NCBI GenBank assembly: GCA_022361275.1
Contig: JAKSBE010000573.1
Span: forward strand, 3,882 to 67,881
Source of the DNA: Kiloniellales bacterium
GTDB lineage: Bacteria; Pseudomonadota; Alphaproteobacteria; Kiloniellales; JAKSBE01
Length of the DNA stretch: 64,000 bases
Direction: 5' to 3'
Shown here piece by piece: positions 47,659 through 56,777 of this stretch. A program made the translations under genes and the position numbers. Under the pieces are notes generated by a model. The model did not search any database, had not been told where the DNA came from, and saw only the letters and a program-made list of their open reading frames with translations. Every line of letters begins with the position of its first letter. Position 1 is the first letter of the stretch.

Positions 47659-49017
47659 TCAGACCCTGTAGCCGATCCGAAACCCGCCCCAGTGCCGGCC
47701 GCGGACCCGGATCGGCGCCGAGACGTCCTTCATCAGGGCGAAGGTCCCGCCGCCCATGTCCCGGCGATAGGCCTGGAGCAGGAAGGGCTTCTCGTTCCGG
47801 CCGGCCTTCAGCCCGACCCGATCGTCGAAGATCCGCCGGTTGCGGCAGTTGGCGGCGTTCCAGAGCGGATCGCTGCCCTGGGGCTGGGAGAACTTGCGGT
47901 TGTGGGTCGGCAGATAGCCTTTGAGGTCGACGGCGGCCGCGAAGACCACCTTGGGATCGAGATCCAGAACCGGCTCCTGAATCTCCGGCAGCAAGGCGTC
48001 GGTAAGCTCGGTGAAGGGCGCCATGACCTGGGCCGGGTCGGTCCCGGGGATCTGGGTATAGCTGGTGCCGAACAACGCCGCCTCGGTGATCCGCCCCTCG
48101 GCCAGGACCCGCTCGAAAGCGGCGCCGATCCGGGCGGCGCTCTCCTGGGCGGCCTGGATGAAAGGGCCGTCCTTGGTCTCGGCACCGCTGCTCGCGGTCA
48201 GGCCGACCAGGGATTCGGTGGTGTCGATCAGCGTGTTGATGCGGTTCCGGGCCTCCCGCAGGGTGCCGCTGGACCGGGACACGCCCTCCGACATGCCCTG
48301 GAGGGTCGAAAGGAAGCCGCCGCAGCGGGATTCGATCAGGGCCGCGGCCTCGGAGATGTCGCCGGCCTCCTTCCGCATCCCGGTCATGGCCCGTCCGACG
48401 GTCTCGATCACCTCACCGATCGTCTGCGCGCCCGTGCGGACCGCTTCGGCCCGTTCGGTGCTGCTGGTCCCGTGGGCGATCAGCTTGGCCGCCTGCTCCT
48501 CCAGGGACTTCAAGGTCCCGTGGATCTCGGCGGTCGCCGCACTGGTCTCGTTGGCCAGGGCCTTGACCTCGCCGGCGACCACCGCGAAGCCCTTGCCGGC
48601 CTCGCCCGCGCGCGCCGCTTCGATGGTCGCGTTGAGGGCCAGGAGATTGGTCTGCTTGGCGATGGCGTCGATGCCGGAGGCGACCTCGGCGACCTTGTCG
48701 AGGGCTTCCTGGAGACGGCCGACCTGGTCCTGGATACCGCCCACAGCCTCGACCAGGGCGTGGATCTCTCCGACCGCCTTGTCGACCGCCTGCCGTGAGG
48801 CCGCGACGTCCTCGGCCGCCGCCTCCGCGACCTTGCGGGTCTGGGTCACGGCCTCGCCGATCCGTGCGTTGCTCTGGGCGACCTCGCCGGCGTCGTGGAG
48901 CAGGCCCTGGAAGTTCTCGGCCTGTCGGCTCAAGGTCTCGCTGATCGCGTCGACGTTGCCCGCGACGTCGACGATCTCGACCGCCAGTTCGCCGGCTTCG
49001 CCGGCCAGCCGGGTCAT
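47659..49017 (-). CDS. soluble methyl-accepting chemotaxis protein with C-terminal sensor-like domain
   Basis: AAGGAG lies 6 nt before the ATG at 49017. N-terminal MA hairpin ([35 protein letters not shown]). No TM segments. C-terminal about 200 aa contains [11 protein letters not shown]...[10 protein letters not shown]...[12 protein letters not shown]. Confidence 0.8.
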   Translation of the reverse strand: MTRLAGEAGELAVEIVDVAGNVDAISETLSRQAENFQGLLHDAGEVAQSNARIGEAVTQTRKVAEAAAEDVAASRQAVDKAVGEIHALVEAVGGIQDQVGRLQEALDKVAEVASGIDAIAKQTNLLALNATIEAARAGEAGKGFAVVAGEVKALANETSAATAEIHGTLKSLEEQAAKLIAHGTSSTERAEAVRTGAQTIGEVIETVGRAMTGMRKEAGDISEAAALIESRCGGFLSTLQGMSEGVSRSSGTLREARNRINTLIDTTESLVGLTASSGAETKDGPFIQAAQESAARIGAAFERVLAEGRITEAALFGTSYTQIPGTDPAQVMAPFTELTDALLPEIQEPVLDLDPKVVFAAAVDLKGYLPTHNRKFSQPQGSDPLWNAANCRNRRIFDDRVGLKAGRNEKPFLLQAYRRDMGGGTFALMKDVSAPIRVRGRHWGGFRIGYRV

Positions 49018-49231
49018 GGTCTCCTTGTCTCGGGCGCCTGGCATCGGGGTCCTCGGGCGATGGCGAAGCCGGGGAAGAATCGCACCAAAGGCATAGAGAT
49101 TGCGGGTTAAATCACGCTTAACCCGGGCCTGAGCCGGGACCGGACCGCAGAGCGGCCCCCGGCTTGCTCCGAGGGCTGGGCGGACGCTAGTCTGCCCTGC
49201 TTGCGCGGGCCGGAGTGAACCAGGGAAACGC

Positions 49232-50008
49232 ATGCCGCTGCTGACCACGACGATCGGCGCCTATCCCAAGCCGGACGGCCTGGACCTGCCGGACTGGTTC
49301 CGGATCGGCGGGCCGAGCGGCGGGGACCCGACGGCCGCCTATACCGCCTACCTGAAGGCCGCCCCGCCGGACCTCGAGGCGGCCCTGGACCGCGCCACCC
49401 GCGAGGCGGTGCAAGACCAGGTCGAGGCCGTGATCGACGTGCCCAGCGAGGGCGGGATCCGACGCGACAACTACATCCACTACCACTGCCGCCACCTTCA
49501 GGGCTTCGACTTCGAGACCCTGGTCGAGAAGGAGATGCGGACCGGGGCCTGGACCGCCAAGGTGCCGGCCGTCACCGGGCCGATCGCGCCCGGCGCGCCC
49601 TTCCTGGTCGAGGACTGGCGGCGCGCCCAGGCGGCGAGCGAGCGGCCGGTCAAGATCACCCTGCCCGGTCCCCTGACCGTCGCCGACACCATGGCCGACC
49701 GGCACTACGGCGACGAGCGGCGCCTGGGCGCGGCCGTGGCCGAGGCGCTCGAGGACGCCCATCGCCACAACGACCTGGCCCTGCTGGAGCGCTTCCGCGG
49801 CACCACCGTGATCCTGGGCGCCGTCGCCATCGCCCAGACCCGGGTCGAGACGCGCGAGGAGATCGAGGCGCGGCTGTCCGACGCCCTGCGCCATATCGAG
49901 GCCGAGCGCCTGATGGTCGCGCCGGACTGCGGCCTCGGCATGCTGGACCGCGCGGCCGTGGGCGCCAAGCTGCGCAACATGACGTCGGCCGCGGCCGCGC
50001 TCGCCTGA
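49232..50008 (+). CDS. MetE-like (cobalamin-independent methionine synthase C-terminal family) protein, unusually short
   Basis: N-terminal [14 protein letters not shown] and C-terminal [10 protein letters not shown] match the family. The central region carrying the IQIDEP and HxC metal-site motifs is not present (258 aa). Confidence 0.65.
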   Translation: MPLLTTTIGAYPKPDGLDLPDWFRIGGPSGGDPTAAYTAYLKAAPPDLEAALDRATREAVQDQVEAVIDVPSEGGIRRDNYIHYHCRHLQGFDFETLVEKEMRTGAWTAKVPAVTGPIAPGAPFLVEDWRRAQAASERPVKITLPGPLTVADTMADRHYGDERRLGAAVAEALEDAHRHNDLALLERFRGTTVILGAVAIAQTRVETREEIEARLSDALRHIEAERLMVAPDCGLGMLDRAAVGAKLRNMTSAAAALA

Positions 50009-50030
50009 TCCAACCCGACGGAGGACGTCC

Positions 50031-51197
50031 ATGACCAAGCCCCGGGCGGCCGAGCCCGCGCATGACTTCCGCTTCTTCGACAACCGCGAGAAGTACCTGC
50101 AGTTCGTCACCACCACGTCAGAGAAATGGGCCATCGCCGAGCGGATCGGCCGCGACCTCGGCAACCTTGAGCCGCAGCCGCCGGCGCTGAGGATCTTCGA
50201 CGCCGGCACCGGCGACGGCACCGTGATGGCGCGGGTCATGCGCCGCCTGCACCACCACTTCCCGACCGTGCCTTTCCTGGTCGTCGGCAAGGAGGTCAGT
50301 CTGGAGGACGTCCGCCTGACCCTGGCGCGCCTTCCCGACCGCTTCACGGAGCATCCCCAGAGCGTGGTCGTGCTGACCAACCTCTATTACTCCCAGGCGC
50401 CCTGGCTGCGGCCGGGGGCCAAGCGCGTCGACGAACTGAACTGGGTCGAGGTGCCGCTGGAGGGTCGGACCGCCTACGACTACGACCGCCAGATCGAGAC
50501 CCTGCATCCCGTGCTCAACGAGGGCTGGCAGGTCACCGCCTCTGAGACGACGGGCAACCCGCTCTACGTCCGGCCTTCGGTCCTGGTGCTCTATCCGCGC
50601 GAGCAGCGCTACATCCTGGATTCGATCATCCCCCGCAAGGCCGAGGTCCTGGCCGGGCGGGCGGCGGAATACGACCTGATCCTGGCGGCGCAGCCCTATC
50701 GCTCGCGCCTGCCGGCCGAGACCAAGGTGCGCTTCGTCCTGGAGCCGCTGAGCCGGGCCCTGGCCCCGGGCGGCTGCCTGATCGGGATTCAGTCGACCGA
50801 AGGCGGCCCGAGCATGGAGATCGTCAAGGCCCTCTGGCCCGACGACGATCCCTTCCCGACCCCGCGCCACGCCCTGCTCGAGAGCCTGAAGCAGCAGCTG
50901 GGCGAGGCGGGCGCGGATCTGGTCTTCGACCCCCTCGACGACGGTGACTCGCTGTTCCAGTTCAACCTGCGGGTCATGGCCTCGGAGGTCGGTCCCTCGA
51001 TCGGCACCTCGACCCTGCTGGCGGCCTGGAACGCGGCGATCTACGTCGCGCAGATCCCCGACGACCGCCTGCGGGCGGTCCTGGCCGAAGGCCGCTACGT
51101 CGAGGTGACCGCCGAGGTCCTGCGCCGCCACGGCGGCCTGTGGTTCGTCGACGAGAGCTTCGTGGTCCGCCGGCGGCCTCGAAGTGACGCTGTGTAA
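50031..51197 (+). CDS. hypothetical protein with class I methyltransferase-like motif
   Basis: IFDAGTGDGTV resembles SAM-binding motif I. The rest is unrecognised. Starts 23 nt downstream of the MetE-like gene. Confidence 0.55.
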   Translation: MTKPRAAEPAHDFRFFDNREKYLQFVTTTSEKWAIAERIGRDLGNLEPQPPALRIFDAGTGDGTVMARVMRRLHHHFPTVPFLVVGKEVSLEDVRLTLARLPDRFTEHPQSVVVLTNLYYSQAPWLRPGAKRVDELNWVEVPLEGRTAYDYDRQIETLHPVLNEGWQVTASETTGNPLYVRPSVLVLYPREQRYILDSIIPRKAEVLAGRAAEYDLILAAQPYRSRLPAETKVRFVLEPLSRALAPGGCLIGIQSTEGGPSMEIVKALWPDDDPFPTPRHALLESLKQQLGEAGADLVFDPLDDGDSLFQFNLRVMASEVGPSIGTSTLLAAWNAAIYVAQIPDDRLRAVLAEGRYVEVTAEVLRRHGGLWFVDESFVVRRRPRSDAV

Positions 51198-51300
51198 AGC
51201 AGGCGAATCGGCAGCGAGATGTTTATACTCCCGGCGTCCTCTCCGCTGAATCGCGAGTCGCCATGGCCGCCGGACGCGGCCATCCACCAGAGCGATCACC

Positions 51301-51861
51301 ATGGGGTTACGTGACGGCAAAACGGGCAACCGCCCCATCATCGCGGGCTTGATCATCGCGCCCCTGGCCCTGGGGCTGTTGTGGTGCTTCTACGACGCCT
51401 ATTGGTCGCGGCCCCTGACGCTGGGGGCGATCTACCAGGTCGGCGGCAAGGCGGAGCTGCTGGAGGGGCAGGACAGCCGGATCGGCCTGCACCTGCCGCA
51501 TCCGACCCCGCAGCAGGCGCTGCTGATCGACCTGAACAACCGCAGCCGCTTTTACCTCCGCAGGGCACGGGTGGTCTTCGTCACCAAGGACGCGGAGGAC
51601 GGCATCCTGACCATCGAGGAAACGCCCTGCCTGAACCTGGGCAGCGAGAACCTGAGGGTGCCGCCGCGGCTGGCCGACTCCACGACGGTCCACCACTGCG
51701 CCGCGGCGCTCAGCGGCGAGGCCTCCCGGGCGATGCTCGGCGAGGCCTACGCGCGCCATGAATGGTATTTCTCCGAGCTGCAGGGGCACCGGGCGCCGAT
51801 CCGCCTGATCCGCCGGCCCCTCGAGATCTTCGGCCTGATGTTCGAGCGCGTCTACGACTGA
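51301..51861 (+). CDS. hypothetical membrane-anchored protein
   Basis: One N-terminal TM (IIAGLIIAPLALGLLWCF). No motif. Confidence 0.5.
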   Translation: MGLRDGKTGNRPIIAGLIIAPLALGLLWCFYDAYWSRPLTLGAIYQVGGKAELLEGQDSRIGLHLPHPTPQQALLIDLNNRSRFYLRRARVVFVTKDAEDGILTIEETPCLNLGSENLRVPPRLADSTTVHHCAAALSGEASRAMLGEAYARHEWYFSELQGHRAPIRLIRRPLEIFGLMFERVYD

Positions 51862-51938
51862 CCCTTCGGACCGGGCATAGCGGCAACAAGCGTAAGGCGG
51901 CCATGATCTGGCCAAGATCCTGAGGCAGAAGGCAGTCG

Positions 51939-52901
51939 ATGAGATACCTGGGCAAGCTGGCGCTACACGCGGTCCTGCTGATCGGCCTGCTGTGCGGGCT
52001 CGGGGCGACGCTGGCCGGCCTGGTCGGGGACCTGCATTGGGTCCTGGAGCTGTTCAGCCACTTCAAGGTCCAGCTCGCCGTCGGCTCGGCGATCCTGCTG
52101 GTGATCGCCATGGCCTCGCGCTCGGCCTCGGGAGCGGCCCTGGCCAGCGCCCTTCTGCTGGTCAACCTTTACCCGGTATGGCCCTACCTTTCCGACCCCT
52201 TCGACGGCGCCGAGGCCGCCCAGTCGCCCAGCCTCAAGGCCATGACCTTCAACCTGCACCATGGCAACGCCGACCTGGATGCGGTCGAGGCCTTCCTGGA
52301 CAGCGAGAAGCCGGGCTTCGCTCTGCTGACCGAGCTGCCGCCGGACGCCCGGACCTGGCTCAAGCGGCTGCGCAAGGGCTACCCCCATCAGGCCGTGGAC
52401 CGGGTCGCCTCGCCCTTCGACGTCGTCTTGATCAGCCGCCATCCGCTGCGCGGGGTGAGGTTCGACCGGCGGATCGCGGCCCAACTTCCGGTGCTGAGCG
52501 CCCGGGTCTGCCCGAATACGGCGGCTGGCCGGAAGGGCTGCGTCACGGTCGTCGGGCTGCACGCCGCCAACCCGCTTGGGGCCAGTCCGCTGCGCGACAA
52601 GCAGATCCGCCTCGCGGCAGGCAAGGCGCAACGCGCGCCGGCAGGCGCCGTGGTGCTGCTGGGCGACCTCAACACCTCGCCCTGGTCGCCGATCTTCACG
52701 GAGGCCCTCGCGGTCGGACGGCTGCGGGACAGCGCCTTGGGCTTTCCCTTGAGCGCGACCTGGTTCAGCCGCAATCCGCTGTTCGGCCTGCCGATCAACC
52801 ACGTGCTCCTGGGCCGGGGGATGGAGGCGGTGGCGCGCCGCGTCGGCCCCGACCTGGGGTCGGACCACCTGCCCGTCATCGCAGAACTGCGGCGTCGCTG
52901 A
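51939..52901 (+). CDS. endonuclease/exonuclease/phosphatase (EEP) family membrane protein
   Basis: N-terminal TM helices, then MTFNLHHGN, GDLNTSPWSP and GSDHLPVIAEL, which are EEP catalytic motifs. Confidence 0.8.
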   Translation: MRYLGKLALHAVLLIGLLCGLGATLAGLVGDLHWVLELFSHFKVQLAVGSAILLVIAMASRSASGAALASALLLVNLYPVWPYLSDPFDGAEAAQSPSLKAMTFNLHHGNADLDAVEAFLDSEKPGFALLTELPPDARTWLKRLRKGYPHQAVDRVASPFDVVLISRHPLRGVRFDRRIAAQLPVLSARVCPNTAAGRKGCVTVVGLHAANPLGASPLRDKQIRLAAGKAQRAPAGAVVLLGDLNTSPWSPIFTEALAVGRLRDSALGFPLSATWFSRNPLFGLPINHVLLGRGMEAVARRVGPDLGSDHLPVIAELRRR

Positions 52902-53048
52902 GGCCGCTTCGCGGCGGCGATCACCTGCCAAGAGCCAGATCAAGAGCCCGAAGCGTCATCGGAAGAAAGCGACGGCGCGCCCCGACCGCCCGATCATCCT
53001 GCCCGGAAGGGTGCGCCCGGCGGACACGCCCGGGCACGCCCTCGCGGC

Positions 53049-53540
53049 TCAGCCCGCGGCCGGCTGGACGTTGCCCGCGGGAGAAGGGCCCGCGGGAGAA
53101 GGCTTGAGGGCCTGGACCTTGTCGCTGCCTGCGGCCTTGCCGCCGCCGGCCTCCATGCGCCGGCAGTTGCCCTCGAAGGAGGAACCGGCCTCGATCGAGA
53201 GGCTCTTGTGGACGATGTCGCCGGTCACCTGGGCGGTCTTCATCAGGACGACCTTGTCGGCCCGGACCTCGCCGTCCACCCGGCCGCAGACCCTGACGGT
53301 GTCGGCCGAGATCTGGCCCTTGATGTGCGCGCTCTCGCCGATGATCACGTTCTTGCTGCGAACGTCGCCCTCGACGTTGCCGTCGATCTGCAGATCGCCA
53401 TCGCTTTCCAGGTCGCCGACCACCTTGAGGTCGGAGGAGATGATCGAAGGTACGCCCGCTACCTTGGGTGCCGCCGACGGCGCCGGCGCGGGCGAGGTGT
53501 TGCTGTCGGTCGAGGTCGGCTTATCGCTCTTGCTGAACAT
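53049..53540 (-). CDS. bactofilin
   Basis: DUF583 beta-helix repeats (LKVVGDLESDGDLQIDGNVEGDVRSKNVIIGESAHIKGQISADTVRVCGRVDGEV). The ATG at 53540 sits 1 nt after the upstream stop. Confidence 0.85.
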   Translation of the reverse strand: MFSKSDKPTSTDSNTSPAPAPSAAPKVAGVPSIISSDLKVVGDLESDGDLQIDGNVEGDVRSKNVIIGESAHIKGQISADTVRVCGRVDGEVRADKVVLMKTAQVTGDIVHKSLSIEAGSSFEGNCRRMEAGGGKAAGSDKVQALKPSPAGPSPAGNVQPAAG

Positions 53541-53541
53541 G

Positions 53542-54015
53542 TCAATCCGTCTCCGCAAATGTAAACTGTTCCTGCTTGTCGCCTAAAGGCCTTGGCCGCC
53601 ACGGCCGGCGGCCCTCGAGGTAGGCACCCGCTTCGACGGACAAGTTCAGGTGGGTGATGTTGCCCACGACCCTAGCCGTCTTCGCTATCTCCACCGTCGT
53701 GGCCCGAACCGGGCCCTCGACGGCGCCTCCGATCTGTACCAGCTCGGCGATCACCGAGCCCTCTAACCGTCCGCCCTCCGCCACGCGCACCTCCCGGCAC
53801 GTCACGTGGCCCTCGACCTTGCCCTGGATCTCGATCCGTCCCCGACCTTCGACGACCCCGCGGATGACCAGATCCGGACCGACCCGGGTCACCCCCGGGG
53901 GGCCGACAACCGCCGGACGGCGGGCCTCGGTCCGCGCCTCGACACCGCGCAGCAGACGCTGCGCCCTCAAGAGCGGCACCCGCTCGCTTCGGTCGGAACG
54001 ATGGACTCTCCGCAT
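53542..54015 (-). CDS. bactofilin paralogue
   Basis: LVIRGVVEGRGRIEIQGKVEGHVTCREVRVAEGGRLEGSVIAELVQIGGAVEG. Start ambiguous (54015 or 54132). Confidence 0.75.
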   Translation of the reverse strand: MRRVHRSDRSERVPLLRAQRLLRGVEARTEARRPAVVGPPGVTRVGPDLVIRGVVEGRGRIEIQGKVEGHVTCREVRVAEGGRLEGSVIAELVQIGGAVEGPVRATTVEIAKTARVVGNITHLNLSVEAGAYLEGRRPWRPRPLGDKQEQFTFAETD

Positions 54016-54377
54016 GACCGTCGAATGCTCTCGAATCCCCCGGGTCAGGAACCCGGCAAGGCCGGCCGACTGCCGTATAGACTGCGCGAGGATTGTGGCG
54101 GCATTTTGCGTACGCCCCTTGCCTTCCGCCACTTCGTCGCTCCTCGCACCCTGCCGTCAGCCAGGATCCGGCACCCGTCTTTGCCTCCTGCGGCGACGGA
54201 ATTCTTACGGGTTGTGGTTAGGAAGAGATTAACAGCCTTGCTGCGGCAAACCAAACCCTTCTCTTTTTTTGCCGACCCAGCGGCCGGGAGCCGCGTGGCA
54301 GACCCACCCGAACGGAAAGGGGGCGGCCGAGCCTCGGCCCGACCGCCCCCTTCGGCTTCCCCTGCAGAACCGGAACG

Positions 54378-55208
54378 TCAGTCGATCCCGAGCTTCGCCA
54401 TCAGCGGATCGAGATCGCTGTGGATGTATTCCGCCTCGCGCTTCAGGTAGGCGAGAAGGTCCTTTTCCGCCGAGTCGTGCTGGCCGTCCGCCTCGATGTG
54501 GGCGGTCAGCCAAGACGCCTCGTCCTGGTCGATTCGGTTCGGCGAGCTGCCCTTGTAGAGGATGTACATGGTGATCGCCTTGACGAAGAGCGTGGTCCAG
54601 GAGGGATCGTTGGCGGCCTTGGCGCTGCGGTTGTTGAGGTCGAAGAGCAGCTCGGCTTCGTCCTTGTCGATCGCGATACCACCGTCGGACCCCATGCCGT
54701 AGATGATCCGCTGAATCATCAGCACGTCGCTGGCGTCGATGACCCCGGGGCGGCGGCCGGCCCCGATCACTTTCGGATTGTCCGAAAGCACGCTGTCGCG
54801 CACCGCCTTGAGCGCGAAGGCGCAGAGGCTGCGCGGCACGCTCTGCGCCCGATAGAGGATGTTGCTCAGGAGCTTCAGCTCGGTCGGATGCTCGATCAGA
54901 TTGTCGCCGCCGATACAGTCGATCAGCTGCCCGGCATCGTCGTCGTTCAGGGCGCCATTGGGGCCGCGCTTCCAGACGAAGTAGTCGGTCAGGGCCTCGA
55001 CGTAGAAATCGTCCCAGGCGGGATCGTTGGCGCCGCTCTTCTGGTTCAGGTGAAACAGGAAGTCGGCTTCGTCCTGCTTGATCTCGCCGTCGCCGTAGAT
55101 GCTGCGACGCAGCTTCAATACGCTCTCGGCGCTGATCGATCCGCTCGAAAGCACCTCGCTTTCGAGCTGGCCGAGCGCCCCCGTCCACATGCTGCCCATT
55201 GTGATCAC
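54378..55208 (-). CDS. hypothetical protein with internally duplicated TerB-like module
   Basis: Two similar halves: LKLRRSIYGDGEIKQDEADFLFHLNQKSGANDPAWDDFYVEALTDY and LMIQRIIYGMGSDGGIAIDKDEAELLFDLNNRSAKAANDPSWTTLFVKAITMY. Start at 55208 (GTG) or 55199 (ATG). Confidence 0.65.
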   Translation of the reverse strand: MITMGSMWTGALGQLESEVLSSGSISAESVLKLRRSIYGDGEIKQDEADFLFHLNQKSGANDPAWDDFYVEALTDYFVWKRGPNGALNDDDAGQLIDCIGGDNLIEHPTELKLLSNILYRAQSVPRSLCAFALKAVRDSVLSDNPKVIGAGRRPGVIDASDVLMIQRIIYGMGSDGGIAIDKDEAELLFDLNNRSAKAANDPSWTTLFVKAITMYILYKGSSPNRIDQDEASWLTAHIEADGQHDSAEKDLLAYLKREAEYIHSDLDPLMAKLGID

Positions 55209-55389
55209 CTATCCGTGTCTCGGGACTGCCAGTCCGCCGGCGGCCGGCGTGATCCGGCCGCCGGCGGGTCCGAGAGTTTCGGCAATTGCGATTAAGGCCG
55301 GGTAAACCCTCCGCCCCCTTCACCCCGACAGCGGCTTGTACGGCCTTCGCAGCTGGGGCAAGCTTGACGGGGAACCAAGGAGGACGGGG

Positions 55390-55728
55390 ATGAGCGAGCC
55401 TGGGCGCGGCGTCCACGACATGGGCGGCCTGCCGGCCGGGCCGGTCGAGCGCAGCGAGCATGACTACGCGCTTTGGGAAAAGCGGGTCGACGCCTTGCTG
55501 GTGCTGCTGTCCGACCCGCAGCGCCGCCTGCTGCGGGTCGACGAGCTGCGCCGCGGCATCGAGCAGCTCGGCGCGGCCGCCTACGAGGAGATGACCTACT
55601 ACGAGCGCTGGATCGCCTCGGTCACCGGGAACCTGCTCGAGAAGGGCGTCCTGACCAGCGACGAACTCGGCCGCAAGATGGCCGAGGTCGAGGGCCGCGC
55701 CGCAGCGGACCCGGACGGCGGGGGCTGA
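55390..55728 (+). CDS. nitrile hydratase beta subunit, N-terminal-half homologue
   Basis: VHDMGG...WEKRVDAL...YYERWIASV is the beta-subunit N-domain pattern. AGGAGG RBS precedes the ATG at 55390. Confidence 0.8.
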   Translation: MSEPGRGVHDMGGLPAGPVERSEHDYALWEKRVDALLVLLSDPQRRLLRVDELRRGIEQLGAAAYEEMTYYERWIASVTGNLLEKGVLTSDELGRKMAEVEGRAAADPDGGG

Positions 55729-55733
55729 CGGCC

Positions 55734-56036
55734 GTGGCCCGCTTCGCCCCCGGGGAGCGCGTGCGCGTCCGCGACGCCCGTCCGTCGGGACACCTGCGGA
55801 CCCCGACCTACGTGCGCGGCAAGACCGGCGTGATCGAGCGGATCTGCGGCAGCTTCCCCAACCCGGAGGAACTGGCCTACGGCCGCGACGGCCAGCCAGC
55901 CCGCCCCCTCTACCGGGTCCGCTTCGCCCAGAACGAGGTCTGGCCCGACGACCAGGGTCGGGGCGGTGACTGCGTCGAGGTCGAGATCTACGAGCACTGG
56001 CTGGAACCCCTGCAAGGAGGCAAGAGCGAGCCATGA
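55734..56036 (+). CDS. nitrile hydratase beta subunit, C-terminal-half (SH3-like) homologue
   Basis: RFAPGERVRVRD...HLRTPTYVRGKTGVIERI...LYRVRFAQNEVW...VEVEIYEHWLEP. In a different frame from the N-half. GTG at 55734 (or CTG at 55725). The end overlaps the alpha-subunit ATG by 4 nt. Confidence 0.75.
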   Translation: MARFAPGERVRVRDARPSGHLRTPTYVRGKTGVIERICGSFPNPEELAYGRDGQPARPLYRVRFAQNEVWPDDQGRGGDCVEVEIYEHWLEPLQGGKSEP

Positions 56037-56656
56037 GTCACGACCACGACCACGCGCCGCCGTCCGACCAGGACGGCCCCCTCAGCTACTACCAGGTGAT
56101 GGAGATCGCGGTCCGGGAACTGCTGATCGAGAAGGGCATCCTGACCGCCGACGAGGTCCGCGCCACGGTCGAGGCGATGGACGCGCGCAGCCCTGCACAG
56201 GGCGCCCGGGTCGTCGCCCGGGCCTGGACCGACCCCGGCTTCAAGTCCCGGCTGCTGGCCGACGGCTCGGCCGCCTGCGCCGAGCTGAGCATCGATATGG
56301 GCCCGACCCACCTGGTCGTGGTCGAGAACAGCCCGCAGGTCCACAACGTGATCGTCTGCACGCTCTGTTCCTGCTACCCGCGCTACCTGCTGGGGCTGCC
56401 GCCGGACTGGTACAAGGCCCGCGCCTACCGCTCGCGGGTGGTGCGCGAGCCGCGCGCCGTGCTGCGGGAGTTCGGCACCGAGATCCCGGAGAACGTCGAG
56501 CTGCGGGTCCACGACTCCACTGCGGACATGCGCTACATGGTCCTGCCGCTGCGTCCGGCGGGCACCGAGGGCTGGGACGAGGCCAGGCTCGCGGCGCTGG
56601 TGACCCGGGACTGCATGATCGGCGTGACGGCACCGAAATCACCCCCAAACCATTGA
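56033..56656 (+). CDS. nitrile hydratase alpha subunit family protein (Co-type-like CTLCSCY centre)
   Basis: VIVCTLCSCYPRYLLGLPPDWYK metal-binding claw, plus flanking alpha-subunit motifs. Confidence 0.9.
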   Translation: MSHDHDHAPPSDQDGPLSYYQVMEIAVRELLIEKGILTADEVRATVEAMDARSPAQGARVVARAWTDPGFKSRLLADGSAACAELSIDMGPTHLVVVENSPQVHNVIVCTLCSCYPRYLLGLPPDWYKARAYRSRVVREPRAVLREFGTEIPENVELRVHDSTADMRYMVLPLRPAGTEGWDEARLAALVTRDCMIGVTAPKSPPNH

Positions 56657-56777
56657 ATTGGAAAGATACTGCCGTCCCGAGCCTGGATTCCCGGCCGGCG
56701 CGACCCCAAATCTCCCAGGAACGGCGCGCGGAGGGTCGATGAAGCCGTGGAAGGCCGCGCCGGGAAGGAAGGGGATC

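Noticed and set aside
55390-56656. Calling the three-ORF enzyme a thiocyanate hydrolase.
   Set aside because: The gene order fits, but I cannot distinguish SCNase from other split-beta nitrile hydratases without alignment or phylogeny. It is left as nitrile-hydratase-like.
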